This document shows, in pieces, positions 48,212 to 59,471 of a stretch of DNA of 64,000 bases. The notes below the pieces were generated by a model that was not told where the DNA came from, searched no databases, and saw only the letters and a program-made list of their open reading frames with translations. Position numbers and translations under genes: made by a program. How positions within the stretch are numbered: the stretch's first letter is position 1; each line of letters starts with the position of its first letter. Origin of the DNA: Escherichia coli (GTDB taxonomy: Bacteria > Pseudomonadota > Gammaproteobacteria > Enterobacterales > Enterobacteriaceae); NCBI RefSeq assembly GCF_030013595.1, contig NZ_CP122768.1; one strand, 5' to 3'.

Positions 48212-48388
48212 TGTGATATCAGTCACATAAATATAGGGGGTAGAGAGGTAATTGACGTGATGCTCATCACAAAACGACTGTGTAAAAAAGCAACAAGGCG
48301 GCGATTTTCGCTAAAAATGGCATTTAAATGTGAGTAATGTCACATTTTTGTTTTGTTAGTTTGTTGAATCTTTGTGATCTGAATCACA
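48212..48388. promoter_or_regulatory. mtlA promoter region with at least three perfect CRP-type palindromes
   Basis: tgtgatatcagtcaca (48212..48227), tgtgagtaatgtcaca (48329..48344), tgtgatctgaatcaca (48373..48388), plus a half-site near 48256. Confidence 0.65.
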
Positions 48389-48604
48389 AGATATTTTCTT
48401 ACGGCGTTCACCTGATGTGATCTGCAGCATGTTATGCCTTCGTCATAAAATCGTTATGTAACTAAGCAACTCATCACCTCTAAAAATTATTCTTTGGTGT
48501 TATGGCGAGAATCGCGAACCCGAATTATTGTCAAAATATCAGCCTGACTCCCTTCTGGCTGCCAGCCAAAAAACAACACCGATAAACGTGAATCCGAGGC
48601 AGAT

Positions 48605-48967
48605 ATGTTTCTAAACTATTTCGCGTTGGGAGTGCTGATCTTCGTCTTTCTGGTGATTTTTTATGGAATCATCGCGATACATGACATCCCTTATCTGATT
48701 GCCAAAAAGCGCAACCATCCCCATGCCGACGCTATTCATACGGCGGGCTGGGTGAGCCTGTTTACTCTACATGTTATCTGGCCGTTCCTGTGGATCTGGG
48801 CGACGCTCTATCAACCGGAGCGCGGCTGGGGCATGCAGTCACATGTTGCGTCGCAAGAGAAAGCGACTGACCCGGAAATCGCCGCACTTTCTGACCGAAT
48901 TTCCCGGCTGGAGCACCAACTCGCCGCCGAGAAAAAGACTGACTATTCCACGTTCCCGGAGATCTAA
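48605..48967 (+). CDS. yibI: DUF3302-type small inner membrane protein YibI
   Basis: 120 aa; [50 protein letters not shown]. Confidence 0.85.
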   Translation: MFLNYFALGVLIFVFLVIFYGIIAIHDIPYLIAKKRNHPHADAIHTAGWVSLFTLHVIWPFLWIWATLYQPERGWGMQSHVASQEKATDPEIAALSDRISRLEHQLAAEKKTDYSTFPEI

Positions 48968-48969
48968 AT

Positions 48970-50106
48970 ATGGATCTATTGATTGTTTTAACTTACGTGG
49001 CGCTGGCGTGGGCGGTCTTTAAAATCTTCCGCATTCCGGTGAATCAGTGGACGCTGGCGACGGCGGCGCTGGGAGGCGTGTTTCTGGTGAGTGGTTTGAT
49101 TTTGTTGATGAACTACAACCACCCTTACACTTTTACCGCGCAAAAGGCAGTGATAGCGATCCCCATCACGCCACAGGTGACGGGAATTGTTACTGAAGTC
49201 ACCGACAAAAATAATCAGCTTATTCAAAAGGGCGAGGTGCTTTTTAAGCTCGACCCGGTTCGTTACCAGGCGCGAGTTGACAGACTTCAGGCTGACCTGA
49301 TGACGGCGACGCATAATATAAAGACGCTGCGCGCGCAGCTCACTGAAGCGCAGGCCAACACCACCCAGGTTTCAGCGGAGCGCGACCGTCTGTTTAAAAA
49401 TTATCAACGTTACCTGAAAGGCAGCCAGGCGGCGGTGAATCCGTTCTCGGAACGTGACATCGACGATGCGCGGCAAAATTTCCTCGCGCAGGACGCGCTG
49501 GTGAAAGGCTCGGTGGCGGAGCAGGCGCAGATCCAGAGCCAGCTCGACAGTATGGTTAACGGCGAGCAGTCGCAGATTGTGAGCTTAAGAGCGCAACTTA
49601 CTGAAGCAAAATATAACCTTGAGCAGACTGTCATTCGCGCACCAAGCAATGGCTACGTTACTCAGGTACTGATCCGCCCAGGTACATACGCAGCTGCCTT
49701 GCCGCTACGTCCGGTGATGGTTTTCATCCCCGAGCAAAAACGGCAAATTGTCGCCCAATTTCGGCAGAACTCGCTGTTACGTCTGAAACCCGGCGATGAT
49801 GCGGAAGTGGTGTTTAACGCGCTACCTGGGCAGGTGTTCCACGGCAAACTGACCAGTATTTTACCTGTCGTGCCAGGCGGTTCGTATCAGGCGCAAGGGG
49901 TATTGCAATCATTAACGGTCGTGCCCGGCACGGACGGTGTGCTGGGAACCATTGAACTGGACCCCAACGATGATATCGATGCCTTACCCGACGGCATCTA
50001 CGCCCAGGTGGCGGTTTACTCCGACCATTTCAGCCATGTTTCGGTGATGCGAAAAGTGCTGCTAAGAATGACCAGCTGGATGCATTATCTTTATTTGGAT
50101 CATTGA
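48970..50106 (+). CDS. yibH: HlyD-family membrane fusion / secretion protein YibH
   Basis: 378 aa; N-terminal TM helix, coiled coil, HlyD-like barrel; 3-bp gap after yibI. Confidence 0.88.
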   Translation: MDLLIVLTYVALAWAVFKIFRIPVNQWTLATAALGGVFLVSGLILLMNYNHPYTFTAQKAVIAIPITPQVTGIVTEVTDKNNQLIQKGEVLFKLDPVRYQARVDRLQADLMTATHNIKTLRAQLTEAQANTTQVSAERDRLFKNYQRYLKGSQAAVNPFSERDIDDARQNFLAQDALVKGSVAEQAQIQSQLDSMVNGEQSQIVSLRAQLTEAKYNLEQTVIRAPSNGYVTQVLIRPGTYAAALPLRPVMVFIPEQKRQIVAQFRQNSLLRLKPGDDAEVVFNALPGQVFHGKLTSILPVVPGGSYQAQGVLQSLTVVPGTDGVLGTIELDPNDDIDALPDGIYAQVAVYSDHFSHVSVMRKVLLRMTSWMHYLYLDH

Positions 50107-50176
50107 GACTTATATCACCTGTGTTTTGCGTGAGCCTGAGCCATACTGATATTTTTCCTCGCACAAAGGACTCGGC

Positions 50177-50785
50177 ATGAAACTCGTCGGTAGCTACACC
50201 AGCCCGTTTGTACGCAAACTTTCTATTCTGTTGTTAGAAAAGGGCATAACTTTCGAATTTATTAATGAACTGCCCTATAACGCGGACAACGGCGTGGCGC
50301 AATTTAACCCGTTAGGGAAAGTGCCGGTGCTGGTGACCGAAGAGGGCGAATGTTGGTTTGATTCGCCGATCATCGCTGAATATATTGAATTAATGAATGT
50401 CGCTCCGGCGATGTTGCCGCGCGATCCGCTGGAGTCGTTGCGGGTGCGCAAAATTGAGGCGCTGGCGGATGGCATTATGGATGCCGGGCTGGTATCGGTG
50501 CGTGAACAGGCGCGTCCGGCGGCGCAGCAGTCTGAAGATGAATTGTTACGCCAGCGGGAGAAAATCAACCGCAGTCTGGATGTGCTGGAAGGATATCTGG
50601 TCGATGGCACGCTCAAAACCGATACGGTCAATCTGGCGACTATCGCCATTGCCTGTGCCGTCGGATATCTCAATTTCCGCCGCGTTGCGCCAGGCTGGTG
50701 TGTCGACCGCCCACACTTAGTCAAACTGGTCGAAAACCTGTTTAGCCGCGAAAGTTTTGCTCGCACCGAACCGCCAAAGGCTTGA
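50177..50785 (+). CDS. yibF: Glutathione S-transferase homolog YibF
   Basis: 202 aa; [39 protein letters not shown] (thioredoxin-like GST N-domain). Confidence 0.9.
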
Positions 50786-50882
50786 TGCGCGATATGTCCT
50801 CCTGACCCATCTCACGTTACAATCCGTGGTTATGTTAAACGCCCTTCTCCGTGTGAGAGGGCCTTGATCAGCCAGGTTTCCT

Positions 50883-52274
50883 ATGACAACCGAAACGCGT
50901 TCCCTCTATAGTCAACTTCCGGCTATTGATCGCTTATTGCGCGATAGCTCCTTCCTTTCTTTGCGTGATACTTATGGTCACACCCGCGTGGTGGAATTGC
51001 TGCGTCAGATGCTTGACGAAGCGCGAGAAGTGATTCGTGGCAGCCAGACGCTGCCTGCGTGGTGTGAAAACTGGGCGCAAGAAGTCGATGCCCGGTTGAC
51101 GAAAGAGGCGCAGAGCGCGCTGCGTCCGGTGATCAACCTGACGGGAACCGTGCTGCATACCAACCTTGGTCGAGCTTTACAGGCGGAAGCCGCGGTGGAA
51201 GCCGTTGCGCAGGCTATGCGTTCGCCAGTGACCCTCGAGTACGATCTGGACGACGCCGGACGCGGACATCGCGATCGGGCGCTGGCGCAGCTGCTGTGCC
51301 GTATTACGGGGGCGGAAGATGCCTGTATCGTTAATAACAATGCGGCGGCGGTGTTATTGATGTTGGCGGCCACTGCTAGCGGGAAAGAGGTGGTGGTTTC
51401 TCGCGGCGAACTGGTGGAGATTGGCGGCGCGTTTCGTATTCCTGATGTCATGCGTCAGGCAGGCTGCACCCTACACGAAGTAGGGACCACCAACCGCACG
51501 CACGCGAATGATTATCGTCAGGCGGTGAATGAAAATACCGCACTGTTGATGAAAGTACATACCAGTAACTACAGCATTCAGGGATTCACCAAAGCGATAG
51601 ATGAAGCGGAACTGGTGGCGCTCGGCAAAGAACTGGATATTCCCGTGGTGACTGATTTAGGCAGTGGCTCGCTGGTCGATCTTAGCCAGTACGGTTTGCC
51701 GAAAGAGCCAATGCCGCAGGAGTTGATTGCGGCGGGCGTCAGTCTGGTGAGTTTCTCCGGCGACAAGTTGTTAGGCGGGCCGCAGGCAGGGATTATCGTT
51801 GGTAAAAAAGAGATGATCGCCCGCCTGCAAAGCCACCCGCTGAAGCGTGCATTACGCGCGGATAAAATGACCCTCGCGGCGCTGGAAGCCACGTTGCGTC
51901 TTTATTTACACCCTGAAGCTCTGAGTGAAAAATTACCGACCCTGCGCCTGCTTACCCGCAGCGCAGAGGTCATTCAAATCCAGGCACAACGTTTACAGGC
52001 CCCCCTTGCCGCACATTACGGCGCGGAGTTTGCGGTACAGGTTATGCCATGTCTTTCGCAGATTGGCAGTGGTTCGCTGCCGGTTGATCGCCTGCCGAGC
52101 GCGGCATTAACGTTTACACCCCATGATGGACGCGGTAGCCACCTTGAGTCATTAGCCGCCCGCTGGCGTGAATTGCCAGTGCCGGTGATTGGTCGTATTT
52201 ATGACGGACGATTGTGGCTGGATTTACGCTGCCTTGAAAATGAGCAACGGTTTTTGGAGATGTTGTTGAAATGA
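50883..52274 (+). CDS. selA: L-seryl-tRNA(Sec) selenium transferase
   Basis: 463 aa; [44 protein letters not shown]. Confidence 0.95.
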   Translation: MTTETRSLYSQLPAIDRLLRDSSFLSLRDTYGHTRVVELLRQMLDEAREVIRGSQTLPAWCENWAQEVDARLTKEAQSALRPVINLTGTVLHTNLGRALQAEAAVEAVAQAMRSPVTLEYDLDDAGRGHRDRALAQLLCRITGAEDACIVNNNAAAVLLMLAATASGKEVVVSRGELVEIGGAFRIPDVMRQAGCTLHEVGTTNRTHANDYRQAVNENTALLMKVHTSNYSIQGFTKAIDEAELVALGKELDIPVVTDLGSGSLVDLSQYGLPKEPMPQELIAAGVSLVSFSGDKLLGGPQAGIIVGKKEMIARLQSHPLKRALRADKMTLAALEATLRLYLHPEALSEKLPTLRLLTRSAEVIQIQAQRLQAPLAAHYGAEFAVQVMPCLSQIGSGSLPVDRLPSAALTFTPHDGRGSHLESLAARWRELPVPVIGRIYDGRLWLDLRCLENEQRFLEMLLK

Positions 52275-54115
52275 TTATTGCGACTGCCGGACACGTTGAC
52301 CACGGCAAAACAACCTTATTGCAGGCGATTACTGGCGTAAATGCCGACCGTCTGCCGGAAGAAAAAAAGCGCGGCATGACCATCGATCTCGGCTATGCCT
52401 ACTGGCCGCAGCCGGATGGCCGTGTGCCTGGTTTTATCGACGTACCCGGTCATGAAAAGTTTCTTTCCAACATGCTGGCTGGCGTTGGTGGTATCGATCA
52501 CGCGCTGTTGGTGGTGGCGTGCGATGACGGCGTGATGGCACAGACCCGTGAGCATCTGGCGATTTTGCAGCTGACCGGTAACCCGATGCTGACAGTGGCG
52601 CTGACCAAAGCCGATCGCGTGGACGAAGCGCGTGTTGATGAGGTTGAACGCCAGGTAAAGGAGGTGCTGCGGGAATACGGTTTTGCTGAGGCAAAACTGT
52701 TTATCACCGCAGCAACCGAAGGTCGGGGAATTGATGCCCTGCGCGAGCATTTGCTTCAGTTACCAGAACGTGAACACGCCAGCCAACATAGTTTCCGCCT
52801 CGCGATCGACCGTGCATTTACCGTAAAAGGTGCCGGGCTGGTCGTCACCGGTACGGCGTTAAGCGGGGAAGTGAAGGTAGGCGATTCACTATGGCTGACT
52901 GGTGTAAATAAACCGATGCGCGTGCGTGCGCTGCATGCGCAAAATCAGCCAACAGAAACTGCCCATGCCGGTCAGCGTATCGCGCTTAACATCGCGGGTG
53001 ATGCGGAAAAAGAGCAGATTCACCGTGGTGACTGGCTGCTTGCCGATGCGCCGCCGGAGCCTTTCACACGGGTGATTGTCGAGCTTCAAACCCATACACC
53101 GCTGACCCAGTGGCAGCCGCTGCATATTCACCACGCCGCCAGCCACGTCACGGGACGCGTTTCGCTGCTGGAAGATAACCTTGCCGAGCTGGTGTTCGAC
53201 ACGCCGCTATGGCTGGCGGATAACGATCGCCTGGTGCTGCGCGATATCTCGGCCCGCAACACGCTGGCGGGGGCGCGTGTGGTGATGCTTAACCCGCCGC
53301 GTCGCGGTAAGCGTAAGCCGGAATATCTGCAATGGCTGGCGTCTCTTGCACGGGCGCAGAGTGATGCCGATGCGTTATCTGTTCATCTGGAACGCGGAGC
53401 GGTTAACCTTGCGGATTTCGCCTGGGCACGGCAGCTCAACGGCGAAGGGATGCGCGAACTGCTGCAACAGCCTGGCTATATTCAGGCTGGTTATAGCTTG
53501 TTGAATGCGCCGGTTGCCGCCCGCTGGCAGCGGAAAATTCTCGACACATTAGCGACTTATCATGAGCAACATCGCGATGAACCTGGTCCTGGGCGCGAAC
53601 GTCTGCGACGTATGGCGTTGCCAATGGAAGATGAAGCGCTGGTACTGTTGCTGATTGAAAAGATGCGCGAAAGCGGCGACATCCTCAGTCATCACGGTTG
53701 GCTGCATCTGCCGGATCATAAAGCGGGCTTCAGCGAAGAGCAGCAGGTCATCTGGCAAAAAGCAGAGCCGCTGTTTGGTGACGAACCGTGGTGGGTGCGT
53801 GACCTGGCAAAAGAGACGGGAACCGACGAGCAGGCAATGCGCCTGACGCTACGCCAGGCGGCGCAGCAGGGGATAATTACCGCGATCGTTAAAGATCGTT
53901 ATTACCGTAACGATCGGATTGTCGAGTTTGCCAATATGATCCGCGATCTCGATCAGGAGTGTGGTTCAACCTGCGCGGCGGATTTCCGCGATCGCTTAGG
54001 TGTAGGCCGAAAGCTGGCAATTCAGATTTTGGAATATTTTGACCGCATTGGCTTTACGCGTCGTCGTGGAAATGATCATTTATTGCGCGACGCATTATTA
54101 TTTCCGGAAAAATAA
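52271..54115 (+). CDS. selB: Selenocysteine-specific translation elongation factor
   Basis: 614 aa; [45 protein letters not shown] (GTPase G1 motif); 4-bp overlap with selA. Confidence 0.95.
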   Translation: MIIATAGHVDHGKTTLLQAITGVNADRLPEEKKRGMTIDLGYAYWPQPDGRVPGFIDVPGHEKFLSNMLAGVGGIDHALLVVACDDGVMAQTREHLAILQLTGNPMLTVALTKADRVDEARVDEVERQVKEVLREYGFAEAKLFITAATEGRGIDALREHLLQLPEREHASQHSFRLAIDRAFTVKGAGLVVTGTALSGEVKVGDSLWLTGVNKPMRVRALHAQNQPTETAHAGQRIALNIAGDAEKEQIHRGDWLLADAPPEPFTRVIVELQTHTPLTQWQPLHIHHAASHVTGRVSLLEDNLAELVFDTPLWLADNDRLVLRDISARNTLAGARVVMLNPPRRGKRKPEYLQWLASLARAQSDADALSVHLERGAVNLADFAWARQLNGEGMRELLQQPGYIQAGYSLLNAPVAARWQRKILDTLATYHEQHRDEPGPGRERLRRMALPMEDEALVLLLIEKMRESGDILSHHGWLHLPDHKAGFSEEQQVIWQKAEPLFGDEPWWVRDLAKETGTDEQAMRLTLRQAAQQGIITAIVKDRYYRNDRIVEFANMIRDLDQECGSTCAADFRDRLGVGRKLAIQILEYFDRIGFTRRRGNDHLLRDALLFPEK

Positions 54116-54164
54116 GGAAATGATTAATTAAGTTTTAAAATAAATTAATACAAAATTCTTATGA

Positions 54165-54210
54165 ATTTAAAAAAAGCACATTGTTTAATGAATACAATGT
54201 GCTTTTTATT
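54165..54210 (+). terminator. Hairpin terminator after selB in an AT-rich spacer
   Basis: aaaaaaagcacattgtttaatgaatacaatgtgctttttatt. Confidence 0.55.
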
Positions 54211-54304
54211 AGATTAATTTTGATAATCAATAATACTGATCATATTTTCAAATGAAAATCCTCAGTAAGCTGCCCGCCCTTTTTTACACTTTCAGGAGTG
54301 TGTT

Positions 54305-55456
54305 ATGGCAGCTTCAACCTTTTTTATTCCTTCCGTGAATGTTATTGGTGCTGATTCATTGAATGATGCAATGAATATGATGGCAGATTATGGATTTACC
54401 CGTACCTTAATTGTCACTGACAATATGTTAACGAAATTGGGTATGGCGGGTGATGTGCAAAAAGCACTGGAAGAACGCAATATTTTTAGTGTTATTTATG
54501 ATGGCACCCAACCTAACCCCACCACGGAAAACGTCGCTGCAGGTTTGAAATTACTTAAAGAAAATAATTGCGATAGCGTGATTTCCTTAGGCGGTGGTTC
54601 TCCACACGACTGCGCAAAAGGTATTGCGCTGGTGGCGGCCAATGGTGGCGATATTCGCGATTATGAAGGCGTTGACCGCTCTGCAAAACCGCAGCTGCCG
54701 ATGATCGCCATCAATACCACGGCGGGTACGGCCTCTGAAATGACCCGTTTCTGCATCATCACTGACGAAGCGCGTCACATCAAAATGGCGATTGTTGATA
54801 AGCACGTGACCCCGCTGCTTTCTGTCAATGACTCCTCTCTGATGATCGGTATGCCGAAGTCACTGACCGCCGCAACCGGTATGGATGCCTTAACACACGC
54901 TATTGAAGCGTATGTTTCAATTGCTGCAACGCCGATCACTGACGCTTGCGCACTGAAAGCGGTGACCATGATTGCCGAAAATCTGCCGTTAGCCGTTGAA
55001 GATGGCAGCAATGCTAAAGCGCGTGAAGCAATGGCTTATGCCCAGTTCCTCGCTGGCATGGCATTCAACAACGCATCTCTTGGTTATGTTCATGCGATGG
55101 CGCACCAGCTGGGCGGTTTCTACAACCTGCCACATGGTGTATGTAATGCCGTTCTGCTGCCACACGTTCAGGTGTTCAACAGCAAAGTCGCTGCTGCGCG
55201 TCTGCGTGACTGTGCTGCTGCCATGGGCGTTAACGTGACAGGCAAAAATGACGCGGAAGGCGCAGAAGCGTGCATCAATGCCATCCGTGAACTGGCGAAG
55301 AAAGTGAATATCCCGGCAGGCCTGCGTGACCTGAACGTGAAAGAAGAGGATTTCGCGGTACTGGCCACCAATGCCCTGAAAGATGCGTGTGGGTTTACTA
55401 ACCCGATTCAGGCAACTCACGAAGAGATTGTGGCAATTTATCGCGCTGCGATGTAA
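54305..55456 (+). CDS. yiaY: Iron-containing alcohol dehydrogenase family protein
   Basis: 383 aa; Fe-ADH signatures ([37 protein letters not shown]). Confidence 0.92.
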   Translation: MAASTFFIPSVNVIGADSLNDAMNMMADYGFTRTLIVTDNMLTKLGMAGDVQKALEERNIFSVIYDGTQPNPTTENVAAGLKLLKENNCDSVISLGGGSPHDCAKGIALVAANGGDIRDYEGVDRSAKPQLPMIAINTTAGTASEMTRFCIITDEARHIKMAIVDKHVTPLLSVNDSSLMIGMPKSLTAATGMDALTHAIEAYVSIAATPITDACALKAVTMIAENLPLAVEDGSNAKAREAMAYAQFLAGMAFNNASLGYVHAMAHQLGGFYNLPHGVCNAVLLPHVQVFNSKVAAARLRDCAAAMGVNVTGKNDAEGAEACINAIRELAKKVNIPAGLRDLNVKEEDFAVLATNALKDACGFTNPIQATHEEIVAIYRAAM

Positions 55457-55470
55457 TCATCATTCCCCCA

Positions 55471-55498
55471 ATGGCTGGCTAATTGTCAGCCATTTTTT
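55471..55498 (+). terminator. Rho-independent terminator after yiaY
   Basis: atggctggctaattgtcagccat followed by ttttt. Confidence 0.6.
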
Positions 55499-55656
55499 AA
55501 ACTATCTCAAAATTTGCGATTTTTGAGAGAGTTTTAGTTATCTCTGTAGTCCTTGCCCGTAAATTCGTGATAGCCGTCGTAAAGCTGTTACCGACTGGCG
55601 AAGATTTCGCCAGTCACGTCTACCCTTGTTATACCTCACACCGCAAGGAGACGATC

Positions 55657-57195
55657 ATGACCAATAATCCCCCTTCAGCACAGATTAAGCCCGGCGAGTA
55701 TGGTTTCCCCCTCAAGTTAAAAGCCCGCTACGACAACTTTATTGGCGGCGAATGGGTAGCCCCTGCCGACGGCGAGTATTACCAGAACCTGACGCCGGTG
55801 ACCGGGCAGCTGCTGTGCGAAGTGGCGTCTTCGGGCAAACGAGATATCGATCTGGCGCTGGATGCTGCGCACAAAGTGAAAGATAAATGGGCGCATACCT
55901 CGGTGCAGGATCGCGCGGCGATTCTGTTTAAGATTGCCGATCGGATGGAGCAGAACCTCGAACTGTTAGCGACCGCTGAAACCTGGGATAACGGCAAACC
56001 CATTCGCGAAACCAGTGCTGCTGATGTGCCGCTGGCGATTGACCATTTTCGCTATTTTGCCTCGTGTATTCGGGCGCAGGAAGGCGGTATTAGTGAAGTG
56101 GATAGCGAAACTGTGGCTTATCACTTCCACGAACCGTTAGGCGTGGTGGGGCAGATTATTCCGTGGAACTTCCCGCTGCTGATGGCGAGCTGGAAAATGG
56201 CTCCCGCGCTGGCGGCGGGCAACTGTGTGGTGCTGAAACCCGCACGTCTTACCCCGCTTTCTGTACTGCTGCTAATGGAAATCGTCGGTGATTTACTGCC
56301 GCCGGGCGTGGTGAACGTGGTTAACGGCGCTGGTGGGGAAATTGGCGAATATCTGGCGACCTCGAAACGCATCGCCAAAGTGGCGTTTACCGGCTCAACG
56401 GAAGTGGGTCAACAAATTATGCAATACGCCACGCAAAACATTATTCCGGTGACGCTGGAGCTGGGCGGCAAATCGCCAAATATCTTCTTTGCTGACGTGA
56501 TGGATGAAGAAGATGCCTTTTTTGATAAAGCGCTGGAAGGCTTTGCACTGTTTGCCTTTAACCAGGGCGAAGTTTGCACCTGTCCAAGCCGTGCTTTAGT
56601 GCAGGAGTCTATCTACGAACGCTTCATGGAACGCGCCATCCGCCGTGTTGAAAGTATTCGTAGCGGTAACCCGCTCGACAGCGTGACGCAAATGGGTGCG
56701 CAGGTATCTCACGGGCAACTGGAAACCATCCTCAATTACATTGATATCGGCAAAAAAGAGGGCGCAGACGTGCTCACCGGCGGGCGGCGCAAGCTGCTGG
56801 AAGGCGAACTGAAAGACGGCTACTACCTCGAACCGACTATTTTGTTTGGTCAGAACAATATGCGGGTGTTCCAGGAGGAGATATTTGGCCCGGTGCTGGC
56901 GGTGACCACCTTCAAAACGATGGAAGAAGCGCTGGAGCTGGCGAACGATACGCAATATGGCCTGGGCGCTGGCGTCTGGAGCCGCAACGGTAATCTGGCC
57001 TATAAGATGGGGCGCGGCATTCAGGCCGGGCGCGTGTGGACCAACTGTTATCACGCTTACCCGGCACATGCGGCGTTTGGTGGCTACAAACAATCAGGCA
57101 TTGGCCGCGAAACCCACAAAATGATGCTTGAGCATTACCAGCAAACCAAGTGCCTGCTGGTGAGCTACTCGGATAAACCGTTGGGGCTGTTCTGA
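55657..57195 (+). CDS. aldB: Aldehyde dehydrogenase B
   Basis: ORF 55567..57195 contains [51 protein letters not shown]; catalytic LELGGKSP...EVCTCPSR. Confidence 0.93.
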   Translation: MTNNPPSAQIKPGEYGFPLKLKARYDNFIGGEWVAPADGEYYQNLTPVTGQLLCEVASSGKRDIDLALDAAHKVKDKWAHTSVQDRAAILFKIADRMEQNLELLATAETWDNGKPIRETSAADVPLAIDHFRYFASCIRAQEGGISEVDSETVAYHFHEPLGVVGQIIPWNFPLLMASWKMAPALAAGNCVVLKPARLTPLSVLLLMEIVGDLLPPGVVNVVNGAGGEIGEYLATSKRIAKVAFTGSTEVGQQIMQYATQNIIPVTLELGGKSPNIFFADVMDEEDAFFDKALEGFALFAFNQGEVCTCPSRALVQESIYERFMERAIRRVESIRSGNPLDSVTQMGAQVSHGQLETILNYIDIGKKEGADVLTGGRRKLLEGELKDGYYLEPTILFGQNNMRVFQEEIFGPVLAVTTFKTMEEALELANDTQYGLGAGVWSRNGNLAYKMGRGIQAGRVWTNCYHAYPAHAAFGGYKQSGIGRETHKMMLEHYQQTKCLLVSYSDKPLGLF

Positions 57196-57201
57196 TGTGA
57201 A

Positions 57202-57237
57202 AGGCAGGCAACGTTAATAGTTGTCTGCCTTTGTTTT
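57202..57237. terminator. Bidirectional hairpin terminator between aldB and the convergent nuclease-like gene
   Basis: aggcaggcaacgttaatagttgtctgcct followed by ttgtttt. Confidence 0.6.
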
Positions 57238-57760
57238 AGTTGTATAAAGCGGCAGTCGCTTTTAACTCATCGCTGAAAGAATAAATATCATCGAGAGATT
57301 CAATAGGATGGCGGGTTTCGTTTTTCTCTAAGTCAAATAAACCAATATATTTTTGATTTCGATTGAAATGTAATCTACAGAGTGGCTTTCGATTATTGTC
57401 ATCTACAAGTATACCAAAATAGCTTTTTGTATCTCTGTGGACTATTCGTGGTGCATCAAGCACTACGCGAACTATAGCTTTAACAATATGAAATCCTTCA
57501 AGTTCCTCCATAGTAGTAGCAATATCGGTTTCTTCTTTATTAATACATTCTACTTCTTCATTGTGTGAATTCGAATCAATTACAGATAATGACCCACCAC
57601 CTATTGCCGATTTCAATCTTTCGTTTATTTGAGAGTTAATATATTGATTGGCAGCTTTCTTTGTTAATTTTGCAAACGTATCTTTTACCTTTTGTGTTAA
57701 CATACCTTCATAAATTCTTGCTGCAAAGAATTTTACAAAATCCTCTTCAGGATTATTCAT
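57236..57760 (-). CDS. Uncharacterized 174-aa ORF, in frame with and 18 nt downstream of the HsdR_N-like ORF (likely its C-terminal half)
   Basis: Same frame as 57779..58315 with one TAA (57779..57781) between: ...GELKYVSLI*KVLHAQMNNPEEDF...; no recognisable RBS before its ATG. Confidence 0.55.
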   Translation of the reverse strand: MNNPEEDFVKFFAARIYEGMLTQKVKDTFAKLTKKAANQYINSQINERLKSAIGGGSLSVIDSNSHNEEVECINKEETDIATTMEELEGFHIVKAIVRVVLDAPRIVHRDTKSYFGILVDDNNRKPLCRLHFNRNQKYIGLFDLEKNETRHPIESLDDIYSFSDELKATAALYN

Positions 57761-57778
57761 TTGTGCATGGAGAACTTT

Positions 57779-58315
57779 TTAAATTAAACTAACATATTTT
57801 AATTCACCTGCAGCATTAATTATTGATTCCAAATCAAATGCTGATTTAGTAAGCTTCTTTATCTCGGGAACAACTGTTTCATCTAAGTCAAGTAGATCTA
57901 TCTCAAGAAATGGTTTTTCATCCATTTTATTAGGTGCTTCTAAATCAGTAAAAAATTTATAAACTTGTTCATTGGTTAGAATAGATATTCTTGCATTTGT
58001 TACATGAAAGTATCGAAAAAGCTGTGAAGCATGATTTATATTTAGAGGATCGCCAATTTTTTTGCATTCAATGAGAATCTGAACCTCGCTATTTTTTAAG
58101 ATTGCATAGTCAATCTTTTCACCTTTCTTCGTTCCAATATCGCATACAAACTCTGGGATAACTTCGGTAGGATCAAAGACATCATAACCTAACACATTGT
58201 TAATAAACGGCATTACGAAAGCATTTTTGGTAGCTTCCTCCGTTTCAATGACTCCGGCTTGTTGTTTTATTTTTGCGGATAATGAATTCAGCTTATCTAT
58301 AAACTCCATAGACAT
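57779..58315 (-). CDS. PD-(D/E)xK nuclease-fold protein resembling the N-terminal domain of type I restriction R subunits (HsdR_N-like), N-terminal ORF of 178 aa
   Basis: EEATKNAFVMPFINNVLGYDVFDPTEVIPEF...GEKIDYAIL...VQILIECKKIG (D...E-x-K) ...QLFRYF; strong RBS aaggag 5 nt upstream of ATG; AT-rich. Confidence 0.65.
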   Translation of the reverse strand: MSMEFIDKLNSLSAKIKQQAGVIETEEATKNAFVMPFINNVLGYDVFDPTEVIPEFVCDIGTKKGEKIDYAILKNSEVQILIECKKIGDPLNINHASQLFRYFHVTNARISILTNEQVYKFFTDLEAPNKMDEKPFLEIDLLDLDETVVPEIKKLTKSAFDLESIINAAGELKYVSLI

Positions 58316-58787
58316 TATAACTCCTTATATATATTTAATAAAAATGCGTTTTATAAAAATATAGAAAATATTTATATATTAACGCTTTATCATTGGTCAT
58401 AGTTAATGTATAACACACAAAAAATAATGTTTGCACATTGTAAATACAATGGTGAAACAAACTTGATATTTATCAAGAAAATAAAACAATGTCTTTTATT
58501 GGTTGTTTTAAACGTTCAATGAATACGAGTTGGAGCTATAGCAAGACTAGCTTCGATATCGCATGGATAATCTAATACAGATTTTTTAACACCTAATACT
58601 ATGAGTTATATGTAAATTGCGAGCATCCTCGCATCTTTTCAACAAGTTACTGCACACCGTTATTCTCCTTCCGAGCGGCATTCCTGAGTCAACTTTATCC
58701 CCCTGACGGCCCATATAAATCGCGCTATCGTGATTGTTATCGCTAATTGTGTGTGTATCGTGTGTATAATCATGGAAGGGCAGGGAT

Positions 58788-58973
58788 GTGAAAAGTGCAG
58801 ACGTGATCGCCATCCTGAAGCAGCATGGCTGGGAACATATTCGAACCCGTGGCAGTCATCATCAGTTCCGCCACCCTGTTCATCCGGGTCTGGTGACGGT
58901 TCCGCACCCTAAAAAAGATATTAAGCCCGGTACGCTGGCGCAAATTGGGCGTCAGGCTGGTTTAACATTTTAA
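58788..58973 (+). CDS. hicA: HicA-family mRNA interferase toxin
   Basis: 61 aa from GTG: (M)KSADVIAILKQHGWEHIRTRGSHHQFRHPVHPGLVTVPHPKKDIKPGTLAQIGRQAGL; candidate -10 tataat at 58764..58769. Confidence 0.85.
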   Translation: MKSADVIAILKQHGWEHIRTRGSHHQFRHPVHPGLVTVPHPKKDIKPGTLAQIGRQAGLTF

Positions 58974-58989
58974 AATTTCAGGAGGCAAT

Positions 58990-59400
58990 ATGTTTTATCC
59001 CGCCTATATCCACAGTGATCCTGACGGCAGTGCCAGCGGTTTTTTCCCTGATGTTCCAGGCTGTTATTTTGCTGGTGATACGCTGGACAACGCTTTCCAG
59101 GATGCGCGAAGTGCACTTGTCGCGCACTTCGAAACCTTATGCGAGATGAATGAAGAGTTGCCGCTTCCAGGCTCTGTGGAAACACATCTGGTCCAGCGTG
59201 CGCAGGACTTTATTGGCGGGCAATGGTTGCTGGTGGATATCAATATGAATCAGTTCGAAGGTCGGGCTGAACGTATCAATATTACGATGCCAAAAAGATT
59301 ACTGAACAAGATTGATACCTACGTGCGCAATAACCCAGACTATGCCAACAGAAGTGCGTTTCTGGCGGAAGCTGCCCGGCGTGTATTGCCGGGCGTTTAA
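58990..59400 (+). CDS. hicB: HicB-family antitoxin with C-terminal ribbon-helix-helix domain
   Basis: 136 aa; MFYPAYIHSDPDGSASGFFPDVPGCYFAGDTLDNAFQDARSALVAHFE plus C-terminal RINITMPKRLLNKIDTYV; 16 bp after hicA. Confidence 0.85.
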   Translation: MFYPAYIHSDPDGSASGFFPDVPGCYFAGDTLDNAFQDARSALVAHFETLCEMNEELPLPGSVETHLVQRAQDFIGGQWLLVDINMNQFEGRAERINITMPKRLLNKIDTYVRNNPDYANRSAFLAEAARRVLPGV

Positions 59401-59471
59401 TCTCGCGTTTCGATGGTTGGCGGGCAACCGCACCGATATGTTGATACTGATAAGACGCGTTAAGCGTCGCA

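Noticed and set aside
58586-58813. 75-aa reverse-strand ORF in the spacer between the nuclease-like gene and hicA
   Set aside because: Overlaps the hicA start and promoter; no RBS or family resemblance.
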